Of a stretch of DNA of 33,901 bases, positions 29,701 through 33,901 are shown in pieces. The stretch is from a virus. Lineage: Duplodnaviria; Caudoviricetes. Position 1 is the first letter of the stretch. Each line of letters opens with the position of its first letter. Below the pieces are notes generated by a model that made no database searches, had not been told where the DNA came from, and was given only the letters and a program-made list of their open reading frames with translations. The stretch is from the IMG/VR virus record IMGVR_UViG_3300028129_000033, positions 1 to 33,901 of that record; one strand, written 5' to 3'. A program made the position numbers and the translations under genes.

Positions 29701-30225
29701 TGTAACAGTATATGTACTAACAACTTCTCTACTTTGTCCTCTTACAGGAATACTAATAGGACCATTTGGCATCCAATAATATTCACGGAAATTTACAAAT
29801 TTATCCCAATCAATATTTGGGTTCCATCCATATGTTTCTTGTGTGTTCAAACGACTATGGTTTTGTGTGTTGCCGCCAAAGACACCAAGTTGGCCAATAT
29901 AATCATTATAATCTTTATAAAATTCTACATTGTCGTAATTATCTTTAATAACAGCTGCTGGTTCTAATTGATAATTTTTCCTTTCGCTACTAACATCGTC
30001 CATATAATTGTCAGTAGGCTTAAATGCTTTAGCAGTTGTTCTACCAAAATAGCCATTTATTTTTTCTGCAACACCCGGTTGTATTAACTGATCTAGTGTT
30101 GCCTGTAAGAACTTTTTGTTAGCTGCTGTTCTAAAGAAAGAAGGTAAAAAATCACTTGCTGTAATGTTTTTATCTTGTCCCGGCACCGGAAGTGGAGACG
30201 CATTTTGATCATCATTGTATGCCAT
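14776..30225 (-). CDS. Giant multi-domain baseplate/virion protein (5149 aa; gp7-like position)
   Basis: Uninterrupted 15.45-kb ORF coupled to the wedge gene by TAATG. Contains FG-GAP-like propeller blades, CBM5/12-like motifs, GGSGY..AP.V.I.GG.G.GA repeats typical of T4-like wedge proteins, repeated V..NG....DY beta-sandwich units and a C-terminal IDGERIEY..LRRGTLGT motif. Confidence 0.8.
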   Translation of the reverse strand: MAYNDDQNASPLPVPGQDKNITASDFLPSFFRTAANKKFLQATLDQLIQPGVAEKINGYFGRTTAKAFKPTDNYMDDVSSERKNYQLEPAAVIKDNYDNVEFYKDYNDYIGQLGVFGGNTQNHSRLNTQETYGWNPNIDWDKFVNFREYYWMPNGPISIPVRGQSREVVSTYTVTTEDQGDNVAYVFNDGLTRNPTLKLYRGQTYRFEIDTPGHPIAFSISRTFTPGSSILTAGTEGIRNEGLFDAALYGNEYDQGDFLVLPSSGSVTFEDDDNVSTLYPDGIRKLGEEGEEVAVAYIEKGTIEFTIPANSPERLYYISKNEIDTSGLIKIYDIEENSFLNVTDEILGKKYYKSANGVELSNGMQIRFQGDTDNSVYKENNWYVEGVGDKIKLVKDQDLIIPAVYSENKVVPFDSEKFDSLPFSNAGNYASQKDYIVINRASPDRNAWSRYNCWHHRDVILKSFSFNKLAENLDESKRASRPIIEFEAGLKLNNFGAYAKQDVDLIDTYTTDAFSMIEGQLGYNIDGVDLADGMRILFTADTDVLVNGKIFQVKFVRIGNDRQISLIETADTTPLDLETILITQGQVNAGKSYHYHNNTWVKAQGKTKTNQQPLFEVCDANGNSFSSTTYYPQTNFQGTKLFSYLEGEGTSDTELGFPLSYRNIDNSGDILFSFNLLSDTFEYEVENTVQTSAISSGYLKKYKNLTTFSYANGFSNTPQKSKQFVVREYAATDTQKNNFNIDVYDNPFKITDLKVVVFVNNKIQLLTTDYNINKTDPVVQIQFVNDLNVGDVIKVKTDTKTIKNQNGYYEFPYNLERNPLNDDIVQFTLGEVIDHVDSMLEDLPNFTGKFLGANNLRDLGDLDQFGKRFVKHSGPINLPLYHITNKEYNIIKALKYAKNEYARFKRTFIDTATNLGYDGATKTHVDLILAELNKDKIKSQPFYFSDMIPYGSFNRIEYAVLDRRTLDYPLTETFTLKDLTPKGLLVYLNGTQITYNKDYNFDNAGYITIDAGQLENDIIEIYEYESSDGSFISPTPTKLGLYPKYNPMLTIDDTVQPTVPVDDSTGPFKVYGQIETSTKSILGIDQGLVGWTYPLYTSRAAAKEASTDSTAKTITFEGLNKLFYIPNTNDTAVIAGNDDVEVTEYYYGVAFIIGHDGSRIKAYKDFRDNLLIELEKRIFNNIKVDYSNSRLDIDQFIGGEFKTTDFTKQEIDKTLLPDFQQWIQSNLNNQNYTNNTFYNRNNDWTFNYADTLSPNGNINPGFWRGVYQHAYDTDRPHSHPWEIQGFRLKPTWWNTVYGPSPYTSDNLVLWKNIEEGKIADPSNVTFDLNYARPGITTHLPVDSQGKLVSPLASGYANDFILNRATRNFKFGDFAPIENAWRNSSEYPFAVMIAMLVNQPAKTMGLGFDVSRIKTNLSGQWTYTETNKQIVLKDLVLPNTTSSTTRVMTSGFVNYIYNLVASDVLTVYNDYKTNLKNLTNQIGIKISGFTSKENFNLILDSRSPTQSLSRDGIFVPQENYKVFLNTSSPKTLLTYSGILVEKVTNGYVLSGYSLQQPYFEYYKTINGAAFIEVTVGGKSEKASLYANNTQYYTGEIISATNSFFKVTNDFKSTAGEEGQKLFDNNTVKLPKLPTTGGRTAKFKKNFATEVSILQYGARFNTVQETVDFILGYAQRQTDLGFEFNKFDKEANVVEDWRQSAKEFMYWTTQGWAPGALLAISPSANQLRAKLDYGIIDSLTDEFYGYSLLKASGDFLDSSFSSLIRDKNSFGISIQGTDDGLYHASLPVIQKEHVVLLDNKTIFNDLIYNPSTGYRQERIRVNGYRSDNWNGGLNIPGFVYDDATYGDWVQWKDYRIGDLVKYKQYYYVALRNVIGTETFNSNFWYKLNEKPESELVPNFDYKINQFADFYDLDTDNFDSEQQRMAQHLIGFQKRQYLANIINDDVSQYKFYRGAIADKGTMNVFTKLFSALGNTTDTLELYEEWAIQSGRFGAIEDIQQIEFQLDDKKMQESPQAFELVNTLPSSNLNNIYRILPNEVYSKPVDYASEPFPIKVLSEEFVKTAGYVSEEDVDFVAGDVTTLYNVNINQIGLGQTIWVTNTVNNSWGVAQLRSKNVHITELSKVITITNKTPAANFTFLEVTTDKWIDDIYEVDNYIGFKAAGEHGLLGLYRIRERSFNKIVVETPLNNDITAFSGEGPYLIVNLSNSRVASVPEISEKIGQDIVKNQKVWVDKYQDDWAVLQNNPVYSMQETLENPADYDSTDQGFTDSIAVTKNNNNLFISAPGAGNGEISVYKRSRDVANLNFAQKITIDETQMFTPTNSDFGKSIDVSPDGEYLAVGIPKASNVKTKLAYKTNGDGELTFDYQTDATYVKGDIVRYRESLWKANREILPQIGAQPFSTFDSYTNLANAADADSTTLNLLVAGNPGLPNYPNTDHMLIRAPKDMYLGTAIGDNINLFWNQRSFTYPTTDNYIPFDGEIPELSIGFITAEHAILEKIDHIMYVDTFVTLPAVGQRITTDTGSAEVDYVAFKSDSAVIYLKNSNGIFDIGGELYINDTDFVGFYTEEDTYSISSSVAGYWKIATPPYNNNSRYYDVGRGLVYADIKKQNSVRDTNLYYNVQATVGDIGVYVTNKNRVSFLSHLSYRGDPSPADAQDGVEADQPSNKWVVRVGKQYSDSLSIGATPNFDLYQLDNRVIDVEGAGLSYDILNKQHTIIDIWDGYIDMALSEFDFNGFAFQPQVGDVIEDVQVPADGQGGLALTTISTSTAQVVFVQRNFNNVRVYVKVLTGDFVEQSNIGKYDIRRKANTLLRGQTDSDRVIATIDDTNNNIVLQTSLVGKLLVFEHTSNFDIVENPEIIDEEYAFFTEIFESGIERAANSPYSLNKDYTQVYNIPALDQGTTNSLTNEGAVAIYRRLNNGGYRFQNLFVSEHRKNNKQFGNKVRLVQSGNYYTLLVGSKSQSGNPGSIEIFRHGVSPQESFAGVYRRQVYSKGDIILYKDDFYIAIKDVPETMNDVLNSIYWNKISWRYGKDTEFMGEFDNTDSYRTGNVVSYNSNLWKAVTNIDIGANNPSDTNNSWILVSTKIDYLGYLPNITANNFYGEETFNPQEELLEFSENFDVSDDSNVLVVTAKVNGQDSTTNARIVVYREVDNKYVVSQVISAPNTNIENNGIVFNDEAWAKAVSLSPDGTQLAIGSPLNDNAKTNQGEVYIWTQNNAGVFEMTQTLTPPSNEESEKFGFSIDFGQDDLLISSLNGDQKIPTSFDITNNVPTTFDKNFTSFRNTKLDKGIVYVYENINNTLVYGEQFVYPLTQTMFGENVYSVGNHAYIGVPQQYVDGRDHRGILIDYRKPPNTKSWNVISQGSTPTNVKQFAGAFIYNKRSNRIISYIDYIDPIQGKIAGPADQEISYKLPTDPALYNTGLTSDPLVDADLGWTNKHIGKVWWDLSKAKFVNPYQGTTTFQKNNWNKLTPGATILICEWVESVYLPDTWDQLSGTPEGYTNGVSGTSLYGNTRYSTKIVYDETSKTFGRLYYFWVTNKRTVPNGRNINTIGIAELIANPRTNGYKFISFLGKDKFVLNNCDDLINGTDSVLQIKYHTTDKPTQNYHNQYKLFADGSPDSVPEQDLERKWFDSLIGFDIAERAIPDPNIPLSMRYGIQSRPRQSMFVNRIEALKQTIERINLVLKQNLITDEYNLTNLLKKDDIPTSVSQLWDLSVDSIDELEYISTNKILNAQLTPIIVNGRLARVRIDNPGRGYKSAPKVVINGTGKDAIIDVTINNLGQVTEAQVIDDGSEYNDQTTINVRPFTVLVTSDIEINGKWALYSFNNTTNTWYRKALQSYDTTAYWEYIDWYADGFNQFTPITTSIEGSYQLFPLEVNINDVVKINNVGSGGWLLLRKVADEDTEDYTVNYETIGRQNGTIQFKENLYNYNLNSVGFDNRRFDNTFYDINPSTEIRNILEAIRDNIFIGSLKVEYNQLFMSTIRYVLAEQSNADWLFKTSFVKAKHIKGTLNQNDITFNNDNLQSYQDFVEEFKPYKTKLREFVSNYDVLDNTSSLTTDFDLSPAYSTETKRIESSVARIQDGVIVEQNLDTDINPRQNWKNNIGQQIVEIKIGDGGSGWTFEPIVKIQGGGGTGAEAKAYLGYGKITHIKVTEPGSGYTSAPTVIIEGSQTDNSTPAKVTAVLGGGLVRSTKVAMKFDRNAGSYTFDTLDETETFTGTGARVRYDLGWPMDLDIKKVEVYIDNVLQLRSKYTFTNIEDTTKTYDRERGRITFTKPPALNAAIQVKYKKPISLLSAEDRIKFAYQPGANMFGKELSQLLDGIDYGGVEIRSFDFSGPSGWDTQGWYTDNWDVFENTFEDEVFTADGSTIAVQLSAPLEANVVYNLYKNGVRIDAPDFVAGTDEIPGTSATNVNAITSSITGDGITDTILVQDLGISLLDGDVFVVRKSSSDGSIGLDPTSYDTQINGGDLVYSTATGLNAEDIVVDGDGFVTPTTSKGPEELVPGQVIDTLDIKVYTRDSDGQGQIFSQSYIMDSTLTYSLGVLPSTSDAVFVKLNNQLLPNTDYTVNWTDKTITFASATVGAELNIIAVAQGIQSILDFGTLITDGTSEEYTLPVKYVEGMQVSVTVDGTPKTVDVLETETVGLFAAIRFDEVQDANKTIHFTAFGNSDTVNYSQITKDTFTGDGTLADFELLQSPFYSIPTEHNLIVKVNNTILKAGYNVEFVIPQTGQKEFAVETFQHPSGSLEVNDIKVFLNGVEKTTPIDWRFEISNSSIILADDVGTPGDVVDVFVITDGDYRVSGKTVTFDTPPALNDTIEIYQFSNHNLLDIDRINYDVVSRKLMSPDELDYVNYIRLTTGEISLRSPAPDAQYVWVSVNNELLTPSVDYYVTNDGMKVRLIRQPSTNDKIDVIHFTAPVSRTKFAFRQFKDMLNRTHFKRLDKSATTLANNLNYHDLRIEVEDASNLSEPNKGQNLPGIIFIDGERIEYFVKENNTLRQLRRGTLGTGVKNVHTAGSKVFDQNIAKTVPYADATMTHTFREEVDGVQTTFAIPFTVDSVNEVEVFVGGIRQRKNTLDVFDPTIALDSPEGNVTHAAEFTVNANALVLSTAPADGISVTVTKKQGRSWTENGISLGDTENSIARFLRAGTTELPE

Positions 30226-33200
30226 TAGTAACTATATCCTCCGCCGCTACTACTACCGCTGCTCGAGCTACCGCTGCCTGAGCTACTACTTGAGCTACTA
30301 CTTGAGCTACTACTTGAGCTACTACTTGAGCTACTACTTGAGCTACTGTTATTGCTAATTGAATTGCTTGATACAATTCCTGTTGTTACTGGGTTTGGAA
30401 CAGAACTAATTACATTTCCTGATGCTTGTATTTGTGTTGCTGTAATTTCATCTATGGTTTCAATATCACTTACTGTTGCTGCACTTGTAAATATTTCGTC
30501 TGCTTCACTTTTTATTTCAAAAAGACTACCAAATGTTTGCGTAGTTTGTCGAGGAACTATTAAAAAACTAACTAATCTTGGAGATAGTTTGTTCATAATA
30601 TATGCACTAAGTTCTTGGAAATAAAATGTTTCTCCAAAGTCCCAATTTTCAATATCAAAAAATTTGTTTATTTCGTCAATAATATCTGCTTTTAGTTCGT
30701 TGTCATTAATAACTAAGTTTTTATTTCTAACTATTTTAAATTTAACTTGTAAATCTGCTGGAGCCTTTGGCCCAAACAATATTTTATAACGTACAGGATG
30801 ATAAATGATATCATCACTTATACTTTTAACTTTAGCAATTTCGCCGCCGTAATTCCTAAGTAATTGGTCATTGCTCGGCGGTCTAGGTTCAACTAGTAAT
30901 TGTCCTGCAATATATTGTTTTAGTTCTCTATCATATGTTTTAGTTAATAGATAAGTGTCAATAATATTACTCGAACTTGGATCAATTCTGTAATTACTAT
31001 CTGCAACATGTATATAATGAAATTTTAAATTTGAACGGCCAAAGAATGCTTTGTAATCGGTATTAATTTCAGTATTATTTAAAGTTTTATTTAATTTTCT
31101 AAATATTTGCTCATCTTGTAAATAGAATATTTGTCCCTCTAGTCGGGCGCTATACGGAGCTATTGCTGACTCGTTCTGGACAATGATTATTTCATTATTT
31201 AAATTATTAAAAAATTTAAAATCTTGTACACCATCCGACGTAGTATATATTTTTTGAAATACAACCTTTTCAGTGATCGGGACTGACGTATCAGATTCTC
31301 CGACTATTTGTTCAAATATATCTGGATCATCAAATACTCCGTCGTCATCTAGATCAATAAATTGTATTTGTATTTTACGACTATCTAAATAACCCTCAGC
31401 ATCTTTATACTGATCTGTAATTGTCCAAGAAAAATCTCTTGTAAACGGAGTTAATTCTCCGGGCTTACGGTTAATATTTAAAATATCAATTTTATCACGA
31501 ATAACTTCTCCTATAGCAGGATCATAAATTTTATCTGCTCCATCAAAAAAGAAACGTATTTCATTTTCGCTTTCCATTACATAACGCATTTGTCTATAAG
31601 TAATAGTATATTTTTGTCCGTCTGTTTTAAAATACATCATCCAACTAGCATCAAGATTTTCGCCAGAAGTGTCGCCGGCTTTACCTATTGCAAAATCATT
31701 AATTGTGTTAACATCTTCTGCTAATACAATTTTCCATTGGCGATCATAATTATCATATCGTAAAGCAAAGTTTCTAAATTCAAATGCTTGATCAATAAGT
31801 TGTGTCTTAATATCGTTAATTAATGCTTGAGAATATTTTGGTATAATTTGTTCAATTAATGCACCTGTTGGAATAAAGTCATTTAGCGCAATACTTGCTC
31901 TGCTATAATCATTTGAGTCTGCATCTATTGACAACGATGTTCCGTCACCGTCTACTGATAACACCTTAACCCACTTGTACATAGTTTTTCCAAAATGATC
32001 AGCGCCGGTATCGTCCATTAATGTACCATCTGCCATAAAATGTTTACCTAAAGGTGGTACAAATTTTATTACTGTTCCTGGTTCTATTAATCTTAGACTA
32101 TTAGCAGTAAATTCTCCTACAGGATATGGCGTTGAGCTTGTGTCTTGAAAAATACCAGTGTAATTGTTAGTTTGTGAAGTTTTAGCATTCCAAGAAGCAT
32201 TTAAGTCACTAACAATAATTTTTGGATACTTTGACAAGTAAAAGTTTTTACTATTTGAATACTTTATTATCTCTTCAATAGTATTATAAATTGCACCTTC
32301 GATATCTGTTTGGGTTGCAAAGGTAAAAGATTGTTTTTCTTGATATTCTTCTTTGTAAATAATACCATCATCTACAAATAAACTAGTATTTGAGTATTTT
32401 CCACTTGCATCTTTTAAGTCAAAATACCTACTTATGCCACTAGATATTCTGTTAGTACTTTTAGTTTTAATAATTTCCTGACTTACTGCAAGTGGACCAA
32501 TGTTGTAATCTTCGCCTGTAATTAGTCTATCCTGTGTATAATATGTTGCAGGAGCATTTGCTTTAATTTCTTCGTTCGATTCGGTAGCAGTACCGTTGCT
32601 AACTGTATATGTTAGTTTTAAACCAATTGTTAATGTTTCTTTAGTACCTTTTTTAGTTTGGTAAGGTATTTCTATTTGAATTGTGCCAAGACTTGCAGGT
32701 GTTATTACAGCTCTTAGTCCTGAGCTTGTTCTATAATAAACTTTAAAGTCTCCTGATGGTAAGTTTCCAAACACACCGTCACTAAAGACTAAATTGATTC
32801 TGTCGCCGATCCTAGTAGTTACTGCAAAAACATCTTTTGTTTTATTGAATAAACTATTATATACAACATTATTGCCTTCAACAGAGTCTATTTTAGTCCA
32901 TGCTTGATTTTCAAATCCTGATGAATTTAAACCAAATAACCAAACATCACTATTATTAATATTTTCTGCATCAATAGCAATTGATTGATTAGGTGTTGGA
33001 TTACTAACATTAAATTTTCCGGCGTCTAATCTTCCTTGAACAAACGACATAAAGAAACCTGTATTAGCACTGCCTGCGCCTTGGCCGTCATCTCTAAATA
33101 ACATTGACGGACTATTGCCGGGAAGCGGTGCTTCTTCAATAATATTTTCTCCTACAATATCACTACTTACAACTTCAAAACGTGTGTTTACCCCTTCAAT

Positions 33201-33812
33201 TCTTTTGGTAAACGGGTATATTGCAGATGCTGTTGATGTTCCGTTAAATTTATATTTTTGTGTTACTACTCCAGCAATAGTTTCAGTTTTTAGTGGATTT
33301 CCAATTGCATTTTGTAATGGTAATGCAGAATTTAAGATTTTTAAAAATTGCTCAAAGTAATTTGAGTTAGTTTGATCATTCCACTTAACAGTAATACCTG
33401 CTAGATTTAATCTATTACTATCTAGTACATTTTCTGTGGTTTTAATTGTGTTAATTTTTAATAATCCGCTTGCTGCTTGATTACGTTTTGGATTATATGA
33501 AAGCATACGTGCAAGACGTAGTATACTTTCTCTACGTTCTGCTGTTTCAAGGAAGTTTTCACGAGCATTTAAATCAATGCGGAATGATAAGTTTTGCCCA
33601 AGGAAAGCAATCATATCAATCAGTGCAAGGTATTCACTTGACTCGATATAGTCGTTAAAATCTTCTGGATAATTTTGGCGCAGGTAATTAATCATTGTGC
33701 GACGAAGATTATCAAAGTCATAGCTTTGGAAATCAGCGTTACGGTATGATTGATAAATTCTTTTCCAGTCTTCAGCTACTAGTAGCCTTGACTGCCTATC
33801 AGTTGCAGACAT
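30225..33812 (-). CDS. Baseplate wedge subunit, T4 gp6-like (1195 aa)
   Basis: N-terminal DFQSYDFDNLRRTMINYL..FNDYIESSEYLALIDMIAF..ENFLETAERRESILRLARMLSYNPKR, plus FSDGVFGNLP and ESNEEIKANAPATYYTQDRLITGEDY, matching the gp6/baseplate J pattern; AAGGA RBS. Confidence 0.88.
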   Translation of the reverse strand: MSATDRQSRLLVAEDWKRIYQSYRNADFQSYDFDNLRRTMINYLRQNYPEDFNDYIESSEYLALIDMIAFLGQNLSFRIDLNARENFLETAERRESILRLARMLSYNPKRNQAASGLLKINTIKTTENVLDSNRLNLAGITVKWNDQTNSNYFEQFLKILNSALPLQNAIGNPLKTETIAGVVTQKYKFNGTSTASAIYPFTKRIEGVNTRFEVVSSDIVGENIIEEAPLPGNSPSMLFRDDGQGAGSANTGFFMSFVQGRLDAGKFNVSNPTPNQSIAIDAENINNSDVWLFGLNSSGFENQAWTKIDSVEGNNVVYNSLFNKTKDVFAVTTRIGDRINLVFSDGVFGNLPSGDFKVYYRTSSGLRAVITPASLGTIQIEIPYQTKKGTKETLTIGLKLTYTVSNGTATESNEEIKANAPATYYTQDRLITGEDYNIGPLAVSQEIIKTKSTNRISSGISRYFDLKDASGKYSNTSLFVDDGIIYKEEYQEKQSFTFATQTDIEGAIYNTIEEIIKYSNSKNFYLSKYPKIIVSDLNASWNAKTSQTNNYTGIFQDTSSTPYPVGEFTANSLRLIEPGTVIKFVPPLGKHFMADGTLMDDTGADHFGKTMYKWVKVLSVDGDGTSLSIDADSNDYSRASIALNDFIPTGALIEQIIPKYSQALINDIKTQLIDQAFEFRNFALRYDNYDRQWKIVLAEDVNTINDFAIGKAGDTSGENLDASWMMYFKTDGQKYTITYRQMRYVMESENEIRFFFDGADKIYDPAIGEVIRDKIDILNINRKPGELTPFTRDFSWTITDQYKDAEGYLDSRKIQIQFIDLDDDGVFDDPDIFEQIVGESDTSVPITEKVVFQKIYTTSDGVQDFKFFNNLNNEIIIVQNESAIAPYSARLEGQIFYLQDEQIFRKLNKTLNNTEINTDYKAFFGRSNLKFHYIHVADSNYRIDPSSSNIIDTYLLTKTYDRELKQYIAGQLLVEPRPPSNDQLLRNYGGEIAKVKSISDDIIYHPVRYKILFGPKAPADLQVKFKIVRNKNLVINDNELKADIIDEINKFFDIENWDFGETFYFQELSAYIMNKLSPRLVSFLIVPRQTTQTFGSLFEIKSEADEIFTSAATVSDIETIDEITATQIQASGNVISSVPNPVTTGIVSSNSISNNSSSSSSSSSSSSSSSSSSSSSSSGSGSSSSGSSSGGGYSY
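30279..30347. repeat. Perfect 12-bp tandem repeat (TGAGCTACTACT x5.75) encoding 23 consecutive serines
   Basis: Five full units at 30279-30338 plus a 9-bp partial unit. The coding strand reads (AGT AGT AGC TCA)n, followed by degenerate Ser/Gly codons to GGGYSY-stop. Confidence 0.95.
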
Positions 33813-33836
33813 GTACGTTTCCTTGTTTACTAATGA

Positions 33837-33844
33837 TATTTATC
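33837..33844 (-). promoter_or_regulatory. T4-like late promoter motif (GATAAATA)
   Basis: Intergenic, 24 nt upstream of the ATG of the gp6-like gene. Confidence 0.6.
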
Positions 33845-33870
33845 TGAATGAAAAAAGTGCGTATATTATT

Positions 33871-33901
33871 TTAGCTTAATAATCCATTCTCTTTATCAAA
33901 C
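33871..33901 (-). CDS. 3' end of upstream gene (...FDKENGLLS*), probably a gp25-like baseplate subunit
   Basis: Nine sense codons plus TAA at 33873-33871. The identity is inferred only from the usual gp25-gp6 synteny. Confidence 0.4.
   Translation of the reverse strand, partial: FDKENGLLS

Noticed and set aside
15857-29967. Numerous 60-113-aa ORFs nested in the giant gene, on both strands
   Set aside because: Short, motif-free and expected by chance in a 15-kb ORF; no evidence for overprinting or frameshifting.
14776-30225. Intein, intron or stop-codon recoding as the cause of the giant ORF
   Set aside because: I saw no intein splice-junction or LAGLIDADG/HNH motifs, and the ORFs tile the window cleanly under the standard code.
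30279-30347. Tandem repeat as a CRISPR array or replication iteron
   Set aside because: No spacers; 12-bp in-frame units within a CDS.
33813-33870. Possible second RBS-occluding hairpin (TACG..TTTTTT / AAGGAA..CGTA) upstream of the gp6-like gene
   Set aside because: Only 4 contiguous Watson-Crick pairs plus G-U pairs; too weak to support without a folding calculation.

Overview
A 33.9 kb AT-rich (roughly one-third GC by eye), densely coding segment of a large myovirus/jumbo-type phage genome; every credible gene is on the minus strand. In transcription order (high to low coordinates) it holds: the last 10 codons of a probable gp25-like gene; a 1195-aa gp6-like baseplate wedge ending in a tandem-repeat-encoded poly-Ser tail; a giant 5149-aa multi-domain baseplate protein; a 200-aa structural protein; three paralogous fibre proteins with a shared N-terminal anchor but different C-termini; and two paralogous virion proteins. 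Several of these genes are preceded by T4-type late promoter motifs ([A/C]TAAATA). A near-consensus sigma70 promoter (TTGACA-N17-TATACT) then opens a tightly coupled operon: a small unknown protein, three GT-A-type glycosyltransferase-like genes, a protein with duplicated CBM-like motifs, and at least two tandem N-terminal-twitch radical SAM enzymes. The second radical SAM gene runs off the window edge and is absent from the ORF track. The best candidate for an undescribed system is this glycosyltransferase/radical-SAM module attached to the tail genes, possibly a virion glycosylation or glycan-tailoring system. All functional calls come from motif recognition by eye; no searches were run.
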